Below are positions 1 through 15,453 of a stretch of DNA of 64,000 nt, one piece after another. This DNA is from Flavobacteriales bacterium (GTDB taxonomy: Bacteria; Bacteroidota; Bacteroidia; Flavobacteriales_F; PHOS-HE28): positions 573,728-637,727 of the forward strand of contig JADKAN010000001.1 in the NCBI GenBank assembly GCA_016719225.1. The letters run 5' to 3'. The notes below the pieces were generated by a model, which was not told where the DNA came from, did not search any database, and worked only from the letters and a program-made list of their open reading frames with translations. Position 1 is the stretch's first letter; each line of letters opens with the position of its first letter. The position numbers and the translations under genes were made by a program.

Positions 1-51
1 CCTAAGTAGGTTACAGTAATTCAGTTATCCGCTCCGGCCATGTATCCAAAA

Positions 52-88
52 GAAGAAGGTCCCGTATCCCGGGACCTTCTTCTTTTTG
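52..88 (-). terminator. Rho-independent terminator downstream of clpC
   Basis: GC-rich inverted repeat agaagaaggtcccg/cgggaccttcttct with flanking T/A runs, located just 3' of the clpC stop (minus strand). Confidence 0.5.
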
Positions 89-153
89 CGTGATGCTGTG
101 CCGATGTGGTCCGCAGCCATATCGGAAATCGCCTGACAACCGATAACCGACAA

Positions 154-2742
<2,589 letters not shown>

Positions 2743-3000
2743 GCTCTACTGTTCGTTCTTTGCGCCTTGCGGCGGGTTGTTCATTGCTAACGCGGAAGAC
2801 TTGCGGAAGTTACACGACCTCCCGGGGGGCAAGCTATTCCTGCCGGAAGTCCAGCCCCTTTCCAAAGGTTGCGGATTTTTCCACAAAGTTGTCCCGGTTG
2901 TGGAAAAACCGGTCTTTTCGAAACCATCATAAAGGGTACCTTCGGGGCCGCTTTCGTAGGGGCAGTCCAAGAACCGTGCGAGACCTGACAACCGAACATA

Positions 3001-5579
<2,579 letters not shown>

Positions 5580-5583
<4 letters not shown>

Positions 5584-6773
5584 CCCAAGGACCTATCAAA
5601 ATGAAGCAATTTTTCATCTTGGCCTCACTGGCCATCCCTTTCGCCCTTCACGCCCAGAACAGCTCCGTGGTGAGCGCTTACAACTACATGGGTGATGGTG
5701 ACTACGCGAAGGCGGCGGAGTACATTGAACCGGCCACCAGTAATGACGCCACCGCCGGTAAGGAAAAGACTTGGCGGTACAGAGGCGCTATTTACGCTCA
5801 CATCGCCATGGGCACGGACGAAGCGCTGAAGGCAAAATACCCTGACGCCGCGGGTAAAGCCGTCGAGAGCTACATCAAGGCCAAGGAGCTTGACACCAAG
5901 GACAGCTATAAGGAAGAGAACGACCGTGCCCTGCTCAACCTTCAGATCACCGCGCTCAACGGTGGGAACGATGCTTTCAATAAGAAGGACTACGATAAGG
6001 CCATCGCTGGTTACATGCAGAGCGAGAAGATCGCAAAGGCCTTCGGACAAGTGGACAGCAACGCCGTATTCAACAGCGCGCTGGCCTACGAAGCAAAGGG
6101 CGACACGGCCATGGCGATGGAGCAGTACCAAAAGTGCATCCAGATCGGCTATGACAAACCCGAGGTGTTCCGCTACCTCGCAACAATGAAGAAACGTACC
6201 GGCGACCTGGATGGGGCCATTACCACGACGAAGGCCGGCTTGGCCAAGTATGGAGAGAATAAGGAGATGATGTTGGACCTCGTCGCCTTCCTGCTGGATG
6301 CCAACCGAATGGATGAAGCTGAGACCAGCGTAAAGGCCGCCATTGAAAAGGACCCGAAGAACCCCGTGCTGTATTCCGTGCTCGGTAGCCTGTATGATGG
6401 AAAGGCCAATCCTCAACAGGGTACTGTGGCCGAGGCCGACATGGTCAAGTGGTACGACCTCGCTGAGGCAGCGTACAAAAAAAGCATCGAAGTGGATCCC
6501 ACCTTCTTCGACAGCTACTACAACATCGGAGTGTTATACAACAACCGCGCGGCTTTCGAATACGAAAAGTGCAACGCGATCAAGGATGACGCGAAGTACA
6601 ACGCGTGCAAGAAGACCGCCGATGCGATCTACTTAAAGACCGTCCCATACTTCGAAAAGGCGCATGAATTGAAGCCCGACGACCGCGCCAGCATGGAGCA
6701 GCTGAAAAAGCTCTATGCCAAGACCGGCGATACGGTTAAATACAACGCGATCAAAAAGGAACTGGGCGAATAG
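5580..6773 (+). CDS. Secreted tetratricopeptide-repeat protein (the conserved TPR gene downstream of gyrA in Bacteroidota)
   Basis: Signal peptide [19 protein letters not shown]. Multiple TPR-like helical repeats (AxxYxxA/ALxxxP patterns). Its ATGA start overlaps the gyrA stop. Confidence 0.75.
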
Positions 6774-6983
6774 GCTCGATCCTTCAACATTGAAGAGCCC
6801 GGTCACAAGCCGGGCTTTTCGTTTGAAGTCAGCCTCGTTGTGTGCATCCGTGCACCGGTTCCGTGCTTTGTGGAACGGGCTTCGGCGGAGGGTGTATTTC
6901 GCAACTTTTCATTTCCAAACTTTCGTCAGCTTCCGTGGTTAATACCTTTGCGCCCCCGCTTGCAAGCAGGAATACCGAAGCCC

Positions 6984-7976
6984 ATGACTTTCAACCCCAT
7001 TGACGCTTGGCTGCAGATGAAAGCTCAGTTGCCTCCATTGGCGATAGAGGGCATAGGCATCAAGTACATCTATCCCATTTTCCTCGGCCTTCTTTTGTTG
7101 GAGTTCTACAATGCCAAGCACCTCTACAACATCAAGGAAACTTGGGCCAGCTTCGTGATCCTCGTCGGCGCCACGGTGATCAGAGTGCTTACGAACGTCT
7201 TCGAGATCACGCTCTACTTCTACCTTTTCCATTTGGCGGAGCCGTTGCGCGAGCAGTACTTGGGCTACAGCTCGTTCGGATTTGCTTGGTACGTCTGGAT
7301 CCTGTGCCTGTTCGCGGACGACCACAACTTCTACTGGCACCATCGTCTCAGCCACAATATCCGGGTGCTTTGGGCGGCACACTTGCCGCACCACTCCGCG
7401 AAGACCTTTAACCTGACGGTGAGCATCCGCAACGGTTGGTTCATTACCTTCTTCAAACCGATCTATTGGCTCTGGTTGCCGCTTTTGGGCTTCGAACCGA
7501 TCATGATCGCCACCGTGCTGATCGTGAATTCCTTCTACCAGTTCTTTTTGCATTCGCAATTGGTCCCGTCACTGCCACTTTACGAGCGGATCTTTAATAC
7601 TCCTTACCTCCACACTGTGCACCACAGCAGTAACACGGAATATTTGGATAAGAACCATGGTGGGATCTTCAGTTTCTGGGACCGCATTTATGGCACTTGG
7701 CAAGCACCGATCCAAGGTTTGAAGCCCAAGTACGGCATCAGCCACGACCCGGGTACGAACAATCCCATCACCCACAACCTCTTCGAGTTCCAAGAGATCT
7801 GGAAGGACGTGAAAAAGGCCCCTGGACTGAAGAACAAGCTCATGTACATCTTCGGGCCTCCGGGATGGAGCCACGATGGCAGCAGCATGACCAGCAAGCA
7901 ACTGCAGAACGAGTTGAAAGTGGCCAAGGCTGAAGGCAGGTCAGTTCCGGAACATGAGTTCATCCGGTCGAACTGA
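6984..7976 (+). CDS. Fatty acid hydroxylase / sterol desaturase superfamily membrane protein
   Basis: Hydrophobic N-terminal half. Histidine boxes HHRLSH, HLPHH and HTVHHS typical of the di-iron FA hydroxylase superfamily. Start chosen at MTFNPIDAW. Confidence 0.7.
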   Translation: MTFNPIDAWLQMKAQLPPLAIEGIGIKYIYPIFLGLLLLEFYNAKHLYNIKETWASFVILVGATVIRVLTNVFEITLYFYLFHLAEPLREQYLGYSSFGFAWYVWILCLFADDHNFYWHHRLSHNIRVLWAAHLPHHSAKTFNLTVSIRNGWFITFFKPIYWLWLPLLGFEPIMIATVLIVNSFYQFFLHSQLVPSLPLYERIFNTPYLHTVHHSSNTEYLDKNHGGIFSFWDRIYGTWQAPIQGLKPKYGISHDPGTNNPITHNLFEFQEIWKDVKKAPGLKNKLMYIFGPPGWSHDGSSMTSKQLQNELKVAKAEGRSVPEHEFIRSN

Positions 7977-8136
7977 AGGAGCTAATATTAGCTTTTTGAG
8001 CAGGATATTCGATTAAGTCGGCTGCTTCCTGCAAGAGTTGGAGGGCATCCCAAGGATCGTGAAATGATACCATATCTTCCGTGTTGATGGCCTTGCATGG
8101 ATCGGGCGCTATCGATCACTGCCTACCTTTGCACCC

Positions 8137-9183
8137 ATGTCAACCACAAAAGCCTACGCCGCTCAGAGCGCGACTGCTCCGCTTGCTCCTTTGAGCATTG
8201 AACGCCGCGTTGCCGGCCCACATGATGTCGTCATTGACATTGCTTTTTGTGGGGTTTGCCATTCGGACGTTCACTCCGCCCGCAACGAATGGGGTGGTAC
8301 ACGATACCCTATCGTACCCGGACATGAGATCGTGGGCACTGTAGCCTCAGTGGGCAGCGACGTTACCCGCTGGAAAGTGGGTCAACATGTTGGCGTGGGC
8401 TGCATGGTCAACAGTTGCGGCACCTGCGCTTCCTGCAAGGAACATGAGGAGCAGTTCTGCGAAACAGGGATGACCGGCACCTACAATAGCATCGACAAGT
8501 ACGGGGACGGCACCGTGACCAGTGGCGGTTATTCCACTGGGATCGTGGTGAACGAGGATTTCGTGTTGCGGATCCCGGAAGGAATGCCCTTGGACCGTAC
8601 CGCACCCCTCCTATGCGCCGGTATCACCACTTATTCGCCCTTGCACCGATACGGGGTGAAGGCTGGTGACAAAGTGGGTATTGTCGGGCTCGGCGGCTTA
8701 GGCCACATGGGCGTGAAGATCGCCAAAGCCATGGGAGCGCACGTTACCATGATCAGCCATTCCGCCAGTAAGCAGGCCGATGCCGAACGTTTGGGTGCCG
8801 ACGATTTCCTGCTGACGAAGGAAGCCGATGCATTCAAGAACAACGCGAAGCGCTTCGACTTCATTCTGGATACCGTCTCCGCACCGCACGATTACAACGC
8901 CTACCTCGGCATGTTGCGCCGGGGAGGTACCATGGTGCTAGTGGGCATGCCCGACGCATCGCCGATACATGCAGGTTCCTTGGTGCTCCAACGCCGCCAA
9001 TTGGCCGGGTCCCTCATCGGAGGGATCAAGGAAACGCAGGAAATGCTCGACTTCTGCGCCAAGCACAAAGTGCTCAGTGACATTGAACTGATCCCCATGG
9101 ATCAGATCAACACGGCTTACGAGCGCATGCTGAAAAGCGATGTGCGCTACCGCTTTGTGATCGATATGAAGTCCTTGGGGTAG
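8137..9183 (+). CDS. Zn-dependent NAD(P)-dependent alcohol dehydrogenase (YahK/cinnamyl-ADH type)
   Basis: GVCHSDVHSARNEWGG zinc-binding signature. GxGxxG Rossmann motif (GIVGLGGLGHMG). 348 aa. Confidence 0.85.
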   Translation: MSTTKAYAAQSATAPLAPLSIERRVAGPHDVVIDIAFCGVCHSDVHSARNEWGGTRYPIVPGHEIVGTVASVGSDVTRWKVGQHVGVGCMVNSCGTCASCKEHEEQFCETGMTGTYNSIDKYGDGTVTSGGYSTGIVVNEDFVLRIPEGMPLDRTAPLLCAGITTYSPLHRYGVKAGDKVGIVGLGGLGHMGVKIAKAMGAHVTMISHSASKQADAERLGADDFLLTKEADAFKNNAKRFDFILDTVSAPHDYNAYLGMLRRGGTMVLVGMPDASPIHAGSLVLQRRQLAGSLIGGIKETQEMLDFCAKHKVLSDIELIPMDQINTAYERMLKSDVRYRFVIDMKSLG

Positions 9184-9210
9184 ACTGCTAGGTCAGCTTT
9201 ATCCGGACTG

Positions 9211-11673
9211 TCAATTCGCGCTAGCCTTTGCCGTAGCGTTCTTCGTCGCCAACGTCTTCTCCACTTCCGCGATAGCGCGCTTCGTTTTCAGTAACGAATC
9301 CGGTGTGACGCTGATGGAATCAATCCCTAATTCCACCAAGAACTGTGCGAAATCCGGGAAGTCGCTCGGGCCTTGGCCGCAGATACCCACTTTGGTGCCA
9401 GTGCGCTTAGCGGTCTCGATCAGCATTTTCAGCATGCGCTTCACCGCTGGATCCCGTTCGTCGTAGAGGTGGCTTACTAGCGCACTATCCCGGTCCAGGC
9501 CCAGTGTAAGTTGGGTAAGGTCGTTGCTCCCGATGGAGAAGCCGTCGATGTGTTCGCTGAACTCCTCAGCCATGATGATGTTGCTGGGGATCTCGGCCAT
9601 GAGGAACAGCTCCAAGCCTTCCTTGCCACGCTCCAAACCGTATTCCTTCATCACCGCGGTCACGCTTTGAAGCTCTTCCACCGTGCGGCAGAAGGGCACC
9701 ATCACCACCACGTTCTTCAAGCCCATCTTTTCACGCACACGGCGGATAGCCTTGCATTCCAAGCCGAACGCTTCCTTGTACACTTCGCTATAATAGCGAC
9801 TGGCACCGCGCCAGCCGATCATGGGGTTCTCTTCGTCCGGTTCGAAATGCTCCCCGCCTAAGAGATTCTTGTATTCGTTGCTCTTAAAATCGCTGAAGCG
9901 CACAATAACCTTGTTGGGATAGAAGGCACTGGCGATCTTGGCGATGCCATAGCTGAGCTTTTTCACGAAGAACGTTTCTTCGTCCTCATACCCGTTGATG
10001 AGGTAGCTGATCTTGCCGCTGAGGGCGACATCCCCGAGTTCCTTGTGTTGGAGAAGCGCAAGCGGGTGTGCTTGGATGTAGTTGTTGATAATGAACTCCT
10101 CACGCGCCAGACCCACGCCGGCATTGGGAAGGCCGCTGAATTTGAAGGCCAGGTCCGGGCTGGCCACGTTGAGCATGATCGGCGTTTTCGTCTCCGGGAT
10201 GTCGGCGAGCATCGTTTCTTCCACCGTACTCGGGATGAGGCCATGATAGATGATGCCCGTGTCACCTTCACAGCAACTGGCCGTTACTTCCATACCGGTG
10301 TCCAGCAGATCGGTAGCATTGCCGCAGCCAACGATGGCCGGGACGCCCATTTCGCGGGCCACGATCGCAGCGTGGCAGGTGCGACCGCCTTTATTGGTGA
10401 TGATAGCACTGGCCTTCTTCATGATCGGTTCCCAATCGGGATCCGTCATGTCCGTGACGAGTACATCACCTTTTTGGAAATCCTTGCCATCGCCGTCGCC
10501 TCCGCGACCGTCCAAGCTGAAGAGGATGCGCACTTTGCCCGACCCCACCCGATCGCCAATGGCGATACCCCGCGTGACCTCCTTGACGCCCTCGGGCTTG
10601 TCGATCTTGTATTCCACCACACGATCGGTGGCCTTGTTACTGTGGATGGTTTCCGGCCGGGCCTGTACGATGAAGAGTTCCTTGGTTAGTCCGTCCACTG
10701 CCCATTCCACGTCCATGGGACACCAGTGACCTTTGAGATCACTGTAATATTTTTCTATGGCGGTCACACTTCGCGCCACTTCCAGCGCCTGCTCATCATT
10801 GATGCAGAACCGGTTGCGTTGTGCGCGTTCCACAGGGATCGTGAGCGTGGGCTTGCCGGGCTCCACTCCGTAGACCATTTTACGATCCTTGTTGCCCAGC
10901 TTTTTCTCGATGATGCTGGAGTAACCCTCTGCCAGTGTGGGTTTGAAGATGATCCATTCGTCCGGGTTCACGGCACCCTGTACGACCATCTCGCCCAAAC
11001 CGTAGCTGCCGTTGATCAGTACCACATCCTTGAAGCCGCTTTCGGTATCGAGGCTGAACGCCACGCCACTGCTGCCCACATCGGAGCGCACCATCTTTTG
11101 GACGCCAACGGAAAGCCCCACTTGGAAGTGGTCGTATCCCAGACTTTCGCGATACACGATTGCACGATCGGTGAACAAGGAAGCGAAGCAATTGCGCACG
11201 GCGGCGATCAGGTCCTGGTGTCCGCGGATGTTGAGGAAGGTCTCCTGTTGCCCAGCGAAGGATGCGTCAGGAAGATCTTCCGCGGTGGCGCTGGAGCGCA
11301 CGGCCACGTCAGTTGCTTCCTGCCCGTACTTCTGGGACATTTCATCATACCGCGCCATGATACCCTTCCAGATCTCCTCCGGGAATTTCCCGTTCTTGAT
11401 CAGCGTACGCACGGCCAATCCCGTGCGGCGTATGTTCTCCACATCATCCACGTCCAAGCCCGAGACGATGTCGCGGATCTTCTGGTCCAGGACGTTGTGG
11501 GCAATGAACGCCTCATAGCTGGCGACCGTCACCACGAATCCGCCGGGAACCTGCACGCCCAGCTTACCGAGGTTCTGGATCATTTCCCCGAGGCTTGCAT
11601 TTTTGCCGCCCACGGTCGGGATGTCGCTGAGTTCCACTTCGTGGAGCCATTTGAGGTAAGGTGCCTGTGCCAT
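9211..11673 (-). CDS. ppsA: Phosphoenolpyruvate synthase (pyruvate, water dikinase)
   Basis: 820 aa. PEP-utilising-enzyme blocks, including the mobile His domain (GGRTCHAAIVAREMGVPAIVG) and a C-terminal TIM-barrel PEP-binding domain. Confidence 0.9.
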   Translation of the reverse strand: MAQAPYLKWLHEVELSDIPTVGGKNASLGEMIQNLGKLGVQVPGGFVVTVASYEAFIAHNVLDQKIRDIVSGLDVDDVENIRRTGLAVRTLIKNGKFPEEIWKGIMARYDEMSQKYGQEATDVAVRSSATAEDLPDASFAGQQETFLNIRGHQDLIAAVRNCFASLFTDRAIVYRESLGYDHFQVGLSVGVQKMVRSDVGSSGVAFSLDTESGFKDVVLINGSYGLGEMVVQGAVNPDEWIIFKPTLAEGYSSIIEKKLGNKDRKMVYGVEPGKPTLTIPVERAQRNRFCINDEQALEVARSVTAIEKYYSDLKGHWCPMDVEWAVDGLTKELFIVQARPETIHSNKATDRVVEYKIDKPEGVKEVTRGIAIGDRVGSGKVRILFSLDGRGGDGDGKDFQKGDVLVTDMTDPDWEPIMKKASAIITNKGGRTCHAAIVAREMGVPAIVGCGNATDLLDTGMEVTASCCEGDTGIIYHGLIPSTVEETMLADIPETKTPIMLNVASPDLAFKFSGLPNAGVGLAREEFIINNYIQAHPLALLQHKELGDVALSGKISYLINGYEDEETFFVKKLSYGIAKIASAFYPNKVIVRFSDFKSNEYKNLLGGEHFEPDEENPMIGWRGASRYYSEVYKEAFGLECKAIRRVREKMGLKNVVVMVPFCRTVEELQSVTAVMKEYGLERGKEGLELFLMAEIPSNIIMAEEFSEHIDGFSIGSNDLTQLTLGLDRDSALVSHLYDERDPAVKRMLKMLIETAKRTGTKVGICGQGPSDFPDFAQFLVELGIDSISVTPDSLLKTKRAIAEVEKTLATKNATAKASAN

Positions 11674-11899
11674 GTGCGCGTAAAGGTGATCTGGGAAGGA
11701 AGGTTAGAACGGTGCGTCCGTGGTAAAGGTTGGTATTTTACCGCGAAGGATCGAGTTTTTCCGATGCGGTCCTTGGTATAGTTAGCGCGCGCGGTCAAGC
11801 CAAAGTCATGCCAAGGACCGGTGGCGGGCCCGGGCGATGGATACAGATGAAAAGGGCACGACTTGCGCCGTGCCCTTTGGTAAGATCCGTGAGCCGCGT

Positions 11900-12304
11900 T
11901 CAATTGCGGATGAAGCGCGAGCGTTGGGACAGGCCCATGCGGTCCAGGACGTCAACGATGTAGGTACCGGGCCGGCCGATGTCGAACGTGAACCGCTTGA
12001 TGCCATTGAGTTGATTATCGCGCATGACCAATCTGCCGTTCAAGTCGCGCACTTCAATGGTGAGCATACCGTCCGGGCAATCCGCTGTTACTGATCCATT
12101 CGTGGGCACGGGGTACATCCGCAGGTGGGAGGTGGCGGTCATGGCGGAAGTAAGCGTGGCCATTTCCGAAGCGCTGGGAACAGCATCAGCGGAAGGTACC
12201 GCTGCGCTGCGTTCCAATGTGGCAGGCTCAGTTGCCGTTACTTGTTGTGCATGTGCCGATGCCGCAAAGCACAAGGCAGTTGCGAAGAGTAGGGTTGCTT
12301 TCAT
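11900..12304 (-). CDS. Small secreted hypothetical protein with a T9SS-type C-terminal sorting domain
   Basis: Signal peptide MKATLLFATALCFAASAHAQ. C-terminal ~70 aa beta-rich region (TIEVRDLNGRLVMRDNQLNGIKRFTFDIGRPGTYIVDV) resembling the Por-secretion CTD. Confidence 0.5.
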   Translation of the reverse strand: MKATLLFATALCFAASAHAQQVTATEPATLERSAAVPSADAVPSASEMATLTSAMTATSHLRMYPVPTNGSVTADCPDGMLTIEVRDLNGRLVMRDNQLNGIKRFTFDIGRPGTYIVDVLDRMGLSQRSRFIRN

Positions 12305-12562
12305 GGGGATCTGCGTTGATGACCATTTGATACGCACCTGTAGTTGGAAGGTTTCGATCACGGGCATAGCTGTTATATCGCGCTTTCGGCACACAGATCC
12401 CGGGTAGGAATTTCGTTCAACTGAAGGCGCTCATTGGATGGCTCCAAGGTGCTCAGTCCGTGGTGGCCTTAATAGTAGGTGGTCGTTTTTCGCCAGCTTC
12501 TTCCTGTGATCAACCGAAAGGCCTTGACCAGCTATGCCTACCTTTCACGAAATTCAAGAAAA

Positions 12563-12781
12563 ATGACGACCAAAAGGGCACGCCTCCGGAAGGGTAACAA
12601 GAAACCCTCCACCAAGGCAAGTGCCACTGCCAGCACCCGGGCCAAGCGCAAAGCCACAACAGCTGCCCGCATGCAGGCCGAAGCCAAAAAGGCAGCTGAA
12701 TTGGTGAAAGCGGCTGCCAAACCTTCAACCTCCAACAAGACCGCCAAGAAAAAGACCGTGGCCAAGGTCGCTGGCAAGTAG
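12563..12781 (+). CDS. Histone H1-like Lys/Ala-rich DNA-binding protein
   Basis: 72 aa. Extremely basic low-complexity K/A/T-rich sequence (KRARLRKGNKKPSTKASATASTRAKRKATTAAR...KKKTVAKVAGK), typical of bacterial H1-like nucleoid proteins. Start set at MTTKRARL. Confidence 0.55.
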   Translation: MTTKRARLRKGNKKPSTKASATASTRAKRKATTAARMQAEAKKAAELVKAAAKPSTSNKTAKKKTVAKVAGK

Positions 12782-12826
12782 CTGTAGTTGACCAATTGTC
12801 AACGGTGCAGCTCGGTGGTCGATGTT

Positions 12827-13186
12827 CTATCTGCTGGGCGTGAACAACCCCGGAACAGGGTTCTTCAAAACGACATAAGCCCGCTTCCATGGCGCATCGC
12901 CCAGCATGCGCCATTTGTGCGCTGTTCCCGTAGTGTCCAACGCCAGCAGTACATCGCCGGTGTTGAGGATGAACGTGCTTCCGTCCCGCATGGTGAATTC
13001 CAGCGTGCCGGAAAGCGTAAGAACGTATTGCGCCTCTGGTGCGGTGTGCCAATCAAGCACTCCATGTGGTTGTGTCTCCTTGAAATGGATGGAAACCACC
13101 GCATCCTCGTCCAGCTGCGCGATCATGCCTTCCTCGAAGTGTGAATCGCCGTCCGCTCCCGTGTAAAGCCTGATCGCCTTGATCAT
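12827..13186 (-). CDS. Cupin-domain protein
   Basis: ~120 aa. Small beta-barrel pattern HTAPEAQYVLTLSGTLEFTMRDGSTFILNTGDVLL typical of the cupin 2 fold. Start chosen at MIKAIRLY. Confidence 0.5.
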   Translation of the reverse strand: MIKAIRLYTGADGDSHFEEGMIAQLDEDAVVSIHFKETQPHGVLDWHTAPEAQYVLTLSGTLEFTMRDGSTFILNTGDVLLALDTTGTAHKWRMLGDAPWKRAYVVLKNPVPGLFTPSR

Positions 13187-13277
13187 GCTGCAAAGGTCGG
13201 CCATCCATTTCAGGATCTCGCTGAACCCGATAAGGCAACCAGGCGTATTACTAGCGGTATTCCCTATCCTGCCGACC

Positions 13278-14348
13278 ATGCGCTCCAGCGCCCATACCTT
13301 TCGCTCACCTTCAGTGGAAACCCGCAGTGATAACCATATCGCGTTCAAAAAACCGAACTTCCGGGTAGGGGACGGGCTTGCGCGATATCTGGTAAAGCAC
13401 GGTCGGAATACACCGATCCCCGTCGCCTACGAGGACTTGCTAAGGCACGATGGGTTGATGGCGCAGACGGGCCCGGACGGCAAGGAAACGTTGTGGACAA
13501 CGGTGATGCTGCGGCCTTCAGAAATGGAGGACATGCACGATCGTTTAGTGGAACTCTATCAGGTGTTGATCGGCTATGGCCGCGCATTGCCGTACCTGCG
13601 CGTGGCCAGCATCGATTTCTGCGGATATGGGAACAGCCAACCGTTCCGCATTAAGATCTTGAACCAACTTAACGACAACCACGACTACTACTACATCAAG
13701 AAAGCCGATGCCAGCCGGGTGTACGGCTTGGAGTTGGAGCATCTGCTCAGCCCCAATAAGATCAACTACATCTGCACCGGTACCACTTTGGTGGAGGAGC
13801 ACATCATCGGCGTGCCGGGCGATGATTTCATGAAGGACCCGTTGAAATATGGCGGCAATTTCAACCCGGTACGACTCTGCAAGGAATTCGTGAAATTCAA
13901 CGAGCGCTGCTTCGTGCGGCTGCTGGGCGATATGCGCGCCTACAATTTCGTCGTGGACGTCACGCAGGATTTCGATCAGGCGCAGTACCGCCTCCGGAGC
14001 ATCGATTTCGATCAGCAAAGCTTCGAGGGAAGACATCGCATCTACTTGCCGCAGTTCTATAAGGAGAACTTGGGGTACGTGGAGTATGCCCGGCGGTTCA
14101 TCAGCCCTGAAACAGCTGAGCAGTATGCCCAAGAGGAGCGTTCCCTTTTACGGAAGCGTTATCAGGTAGCTGCGGAGCAGGTGGAGGATCTGTTGGATGT
14201 GATGTCGAATGCCGAAATAAGCCTGCCGGAACATGTTGCCTTATTGCGGAGCGAACTGGCGAAATACCATGCGCATCCACCTTTCAGGAAGTGCTCCACC
14301 ATGGGAGAGATACTCACCCTCCAACTGAAGGTGATGTTGAGCTTGTAA
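13278..14348 (+). CDS. Hypothetical protein with protein-kinase-like (phosphotransferase) motifs
   Basis: 356 aa, no recognised family. Contains a YYIKK strand (a VAIK-like Lys), ELEHLL, a catalytic-loop-like GDMRAYNFVVD (D-x4-N) and a DFG-like SIDFD about 30 aa later. The start is ambiguous (13179 or 13278). Confidence 0.45.
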   Translation: MRSSAHTFRSPSVETRSDNHIAFKKPNFRVGDGLARYLVKHGRNTPIPVAYEDLLRHDGLMAQTGPDGKETLWTTVMLRPSEMEDMHDRLVELYQVLIGYGRALPYLRVASIDFCGYGNSQPFRIKILNQLNDNHDYYYIKKADASRVYGLELEHLLSPNKINYICTGTTLVEEHIIGVPGDDFMKDPLKYGGNFNPVRLCKEFVKFNERCFVRLLGDMRAYNFVVDVTQDFDQAQYRLRSIDFDQQSFEGRHRIYLPQFYKENLGYVEYARRFISPETAEQYAQEERSLLRKRYQVAAEQVEDLLDVMSNAEISLPEHVALLRSELAKYHAHPPFRKCSTMGEILTLQLKVMLSL

Positions 14349-14363
14349 GGCACAACGCCGTTC

Positions 14364-15377
14364 TCAAAGGCTCACATAAGAGCGCCGGACACTGTTGCGC
14401 TTGAACTTATAGCTCACCTCGAAAGTGAAATAACTGAACGAGTCGGGCAGTGCCGGATTGCCCCGTCGGCTGGTATAAATTCCTGAGTTGCCGTTGGTCC
14501 CCCAACCCGTTGGGTCGCTGATGTAACGTGCCAGGAATTGCTGGGTGCTGTCCGAGTAGGTCTGCCCGATCTCGTTGTAGGTGGCGTAGCGGTCGCTCAC
14601 GCCATCCAGCAGGTCGCTGAAAAACATGTAATAGCTGAATTCGGCACCGATGGCTAATTCCCTCGTAACCATGTAGCGGATGCCGACGCCGACCGGTATG
14701 CCCACGTGCCAAGGACTGGGCTTGTCCAAGACCTTGGCCTCACGTCCCATGCCGTTCCCTTCAGTGGTCCAGCTATACAAGTCGGTCTCGTAGGTGCCAT
14801 CCTGCTCGATCACTTTACCGCTGGTCCCGCCGCGCGGTTGGTCCCGTATGGTGCCATCCGCCCAGTAGTAGTAGCGGTTGGAAAGGTCCTGCTCGCCCCG
14901 GAACAGGTCCGCTTTCGGCCTTCCGTAGAACAAGCCCACACCGATGAAGCTGAACGCGAAGAAGCGCTGCTCATACAAGGGTTGGAAAGGCTCGCGGTAC
15001 ATGTTCAGTACCAAATGCTGACTGATGCCGTAGAGGTCGTTCCTGAAGTTGAGCCCACGCTTGAAGTTGCGCAGTTCCACTCCGGACATGCCGCCGGTGG
15101 GTTCCACTTCATTGTACCCCAGCCTGTGCCAGCTGAAACGTGTTTCCGTCGTGAGGGCGCGAGTGATGTAACGCTTGGGATTGTTGAGGTAGTCCCGGAA
15201 AGTGAGGGACATCGCGGGCCGGATGCCGTTCCATTGCACTGCACCGTCCCAATTGCCCAGATCTCCCGAAAAATGATCGGCCCCCAAGGCAACGCCAACT
15301 TCCAAGTTGCGCTGGCCATGAACAGGGACCGTGCCGCATAAGGCTGCAAGGAACAGAAAGTGGAAAGGATGCCGCAT
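14364..15377 (-). CDS. Outer-membrane beta-barrel protein (hypothetical)
   Basis: Signal peptide MRHPFHFLFLAALCGTVPVHGQ. Alternating hydrophobic beta-strand pattern. Aromatic C-terminus ...SYKFKRNSVRRSYVSL, as in OMP barrels. Confidence 0.55.
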   Translation of the reverse strand: MRHPFHFLFLAALCGTVPVHGQRNLEVGVALGADHFSGDLGNWDGAVQWNGIRPAMSLTFRDYLNNPKRYITRALTTETRFSWHRLGYNEVEPTGGMSGVELRNFKRGLNFRNDLYGISQHLVLNMYREPFQPLYEQRFFAFSFIGVGLFYGRPKADLFRGEQDLSNRYYYWADGTIRDQPRGGTSGKVIEQDGTYETDLYSWTTEGNGMGREAKVLDKPSPWHVGIPVGVGIRYMVTRELAIGAEFSYYMFFSDLLDGVSDRYATYNEIGQTYSDSTQQFLARYISDPTGWGTNGNSGIYTSRRGNPALPDSFSYFTFEVSYKFKRNSVRRSYVSL

Positions 15378-15453
15378 GATGTCCAAGTTCTGCTGGTGAG
15401 AATCTAAAGATAGGACGTGGGTTTGCCACAACGGTTGCCAGCTGTTCAGATCT

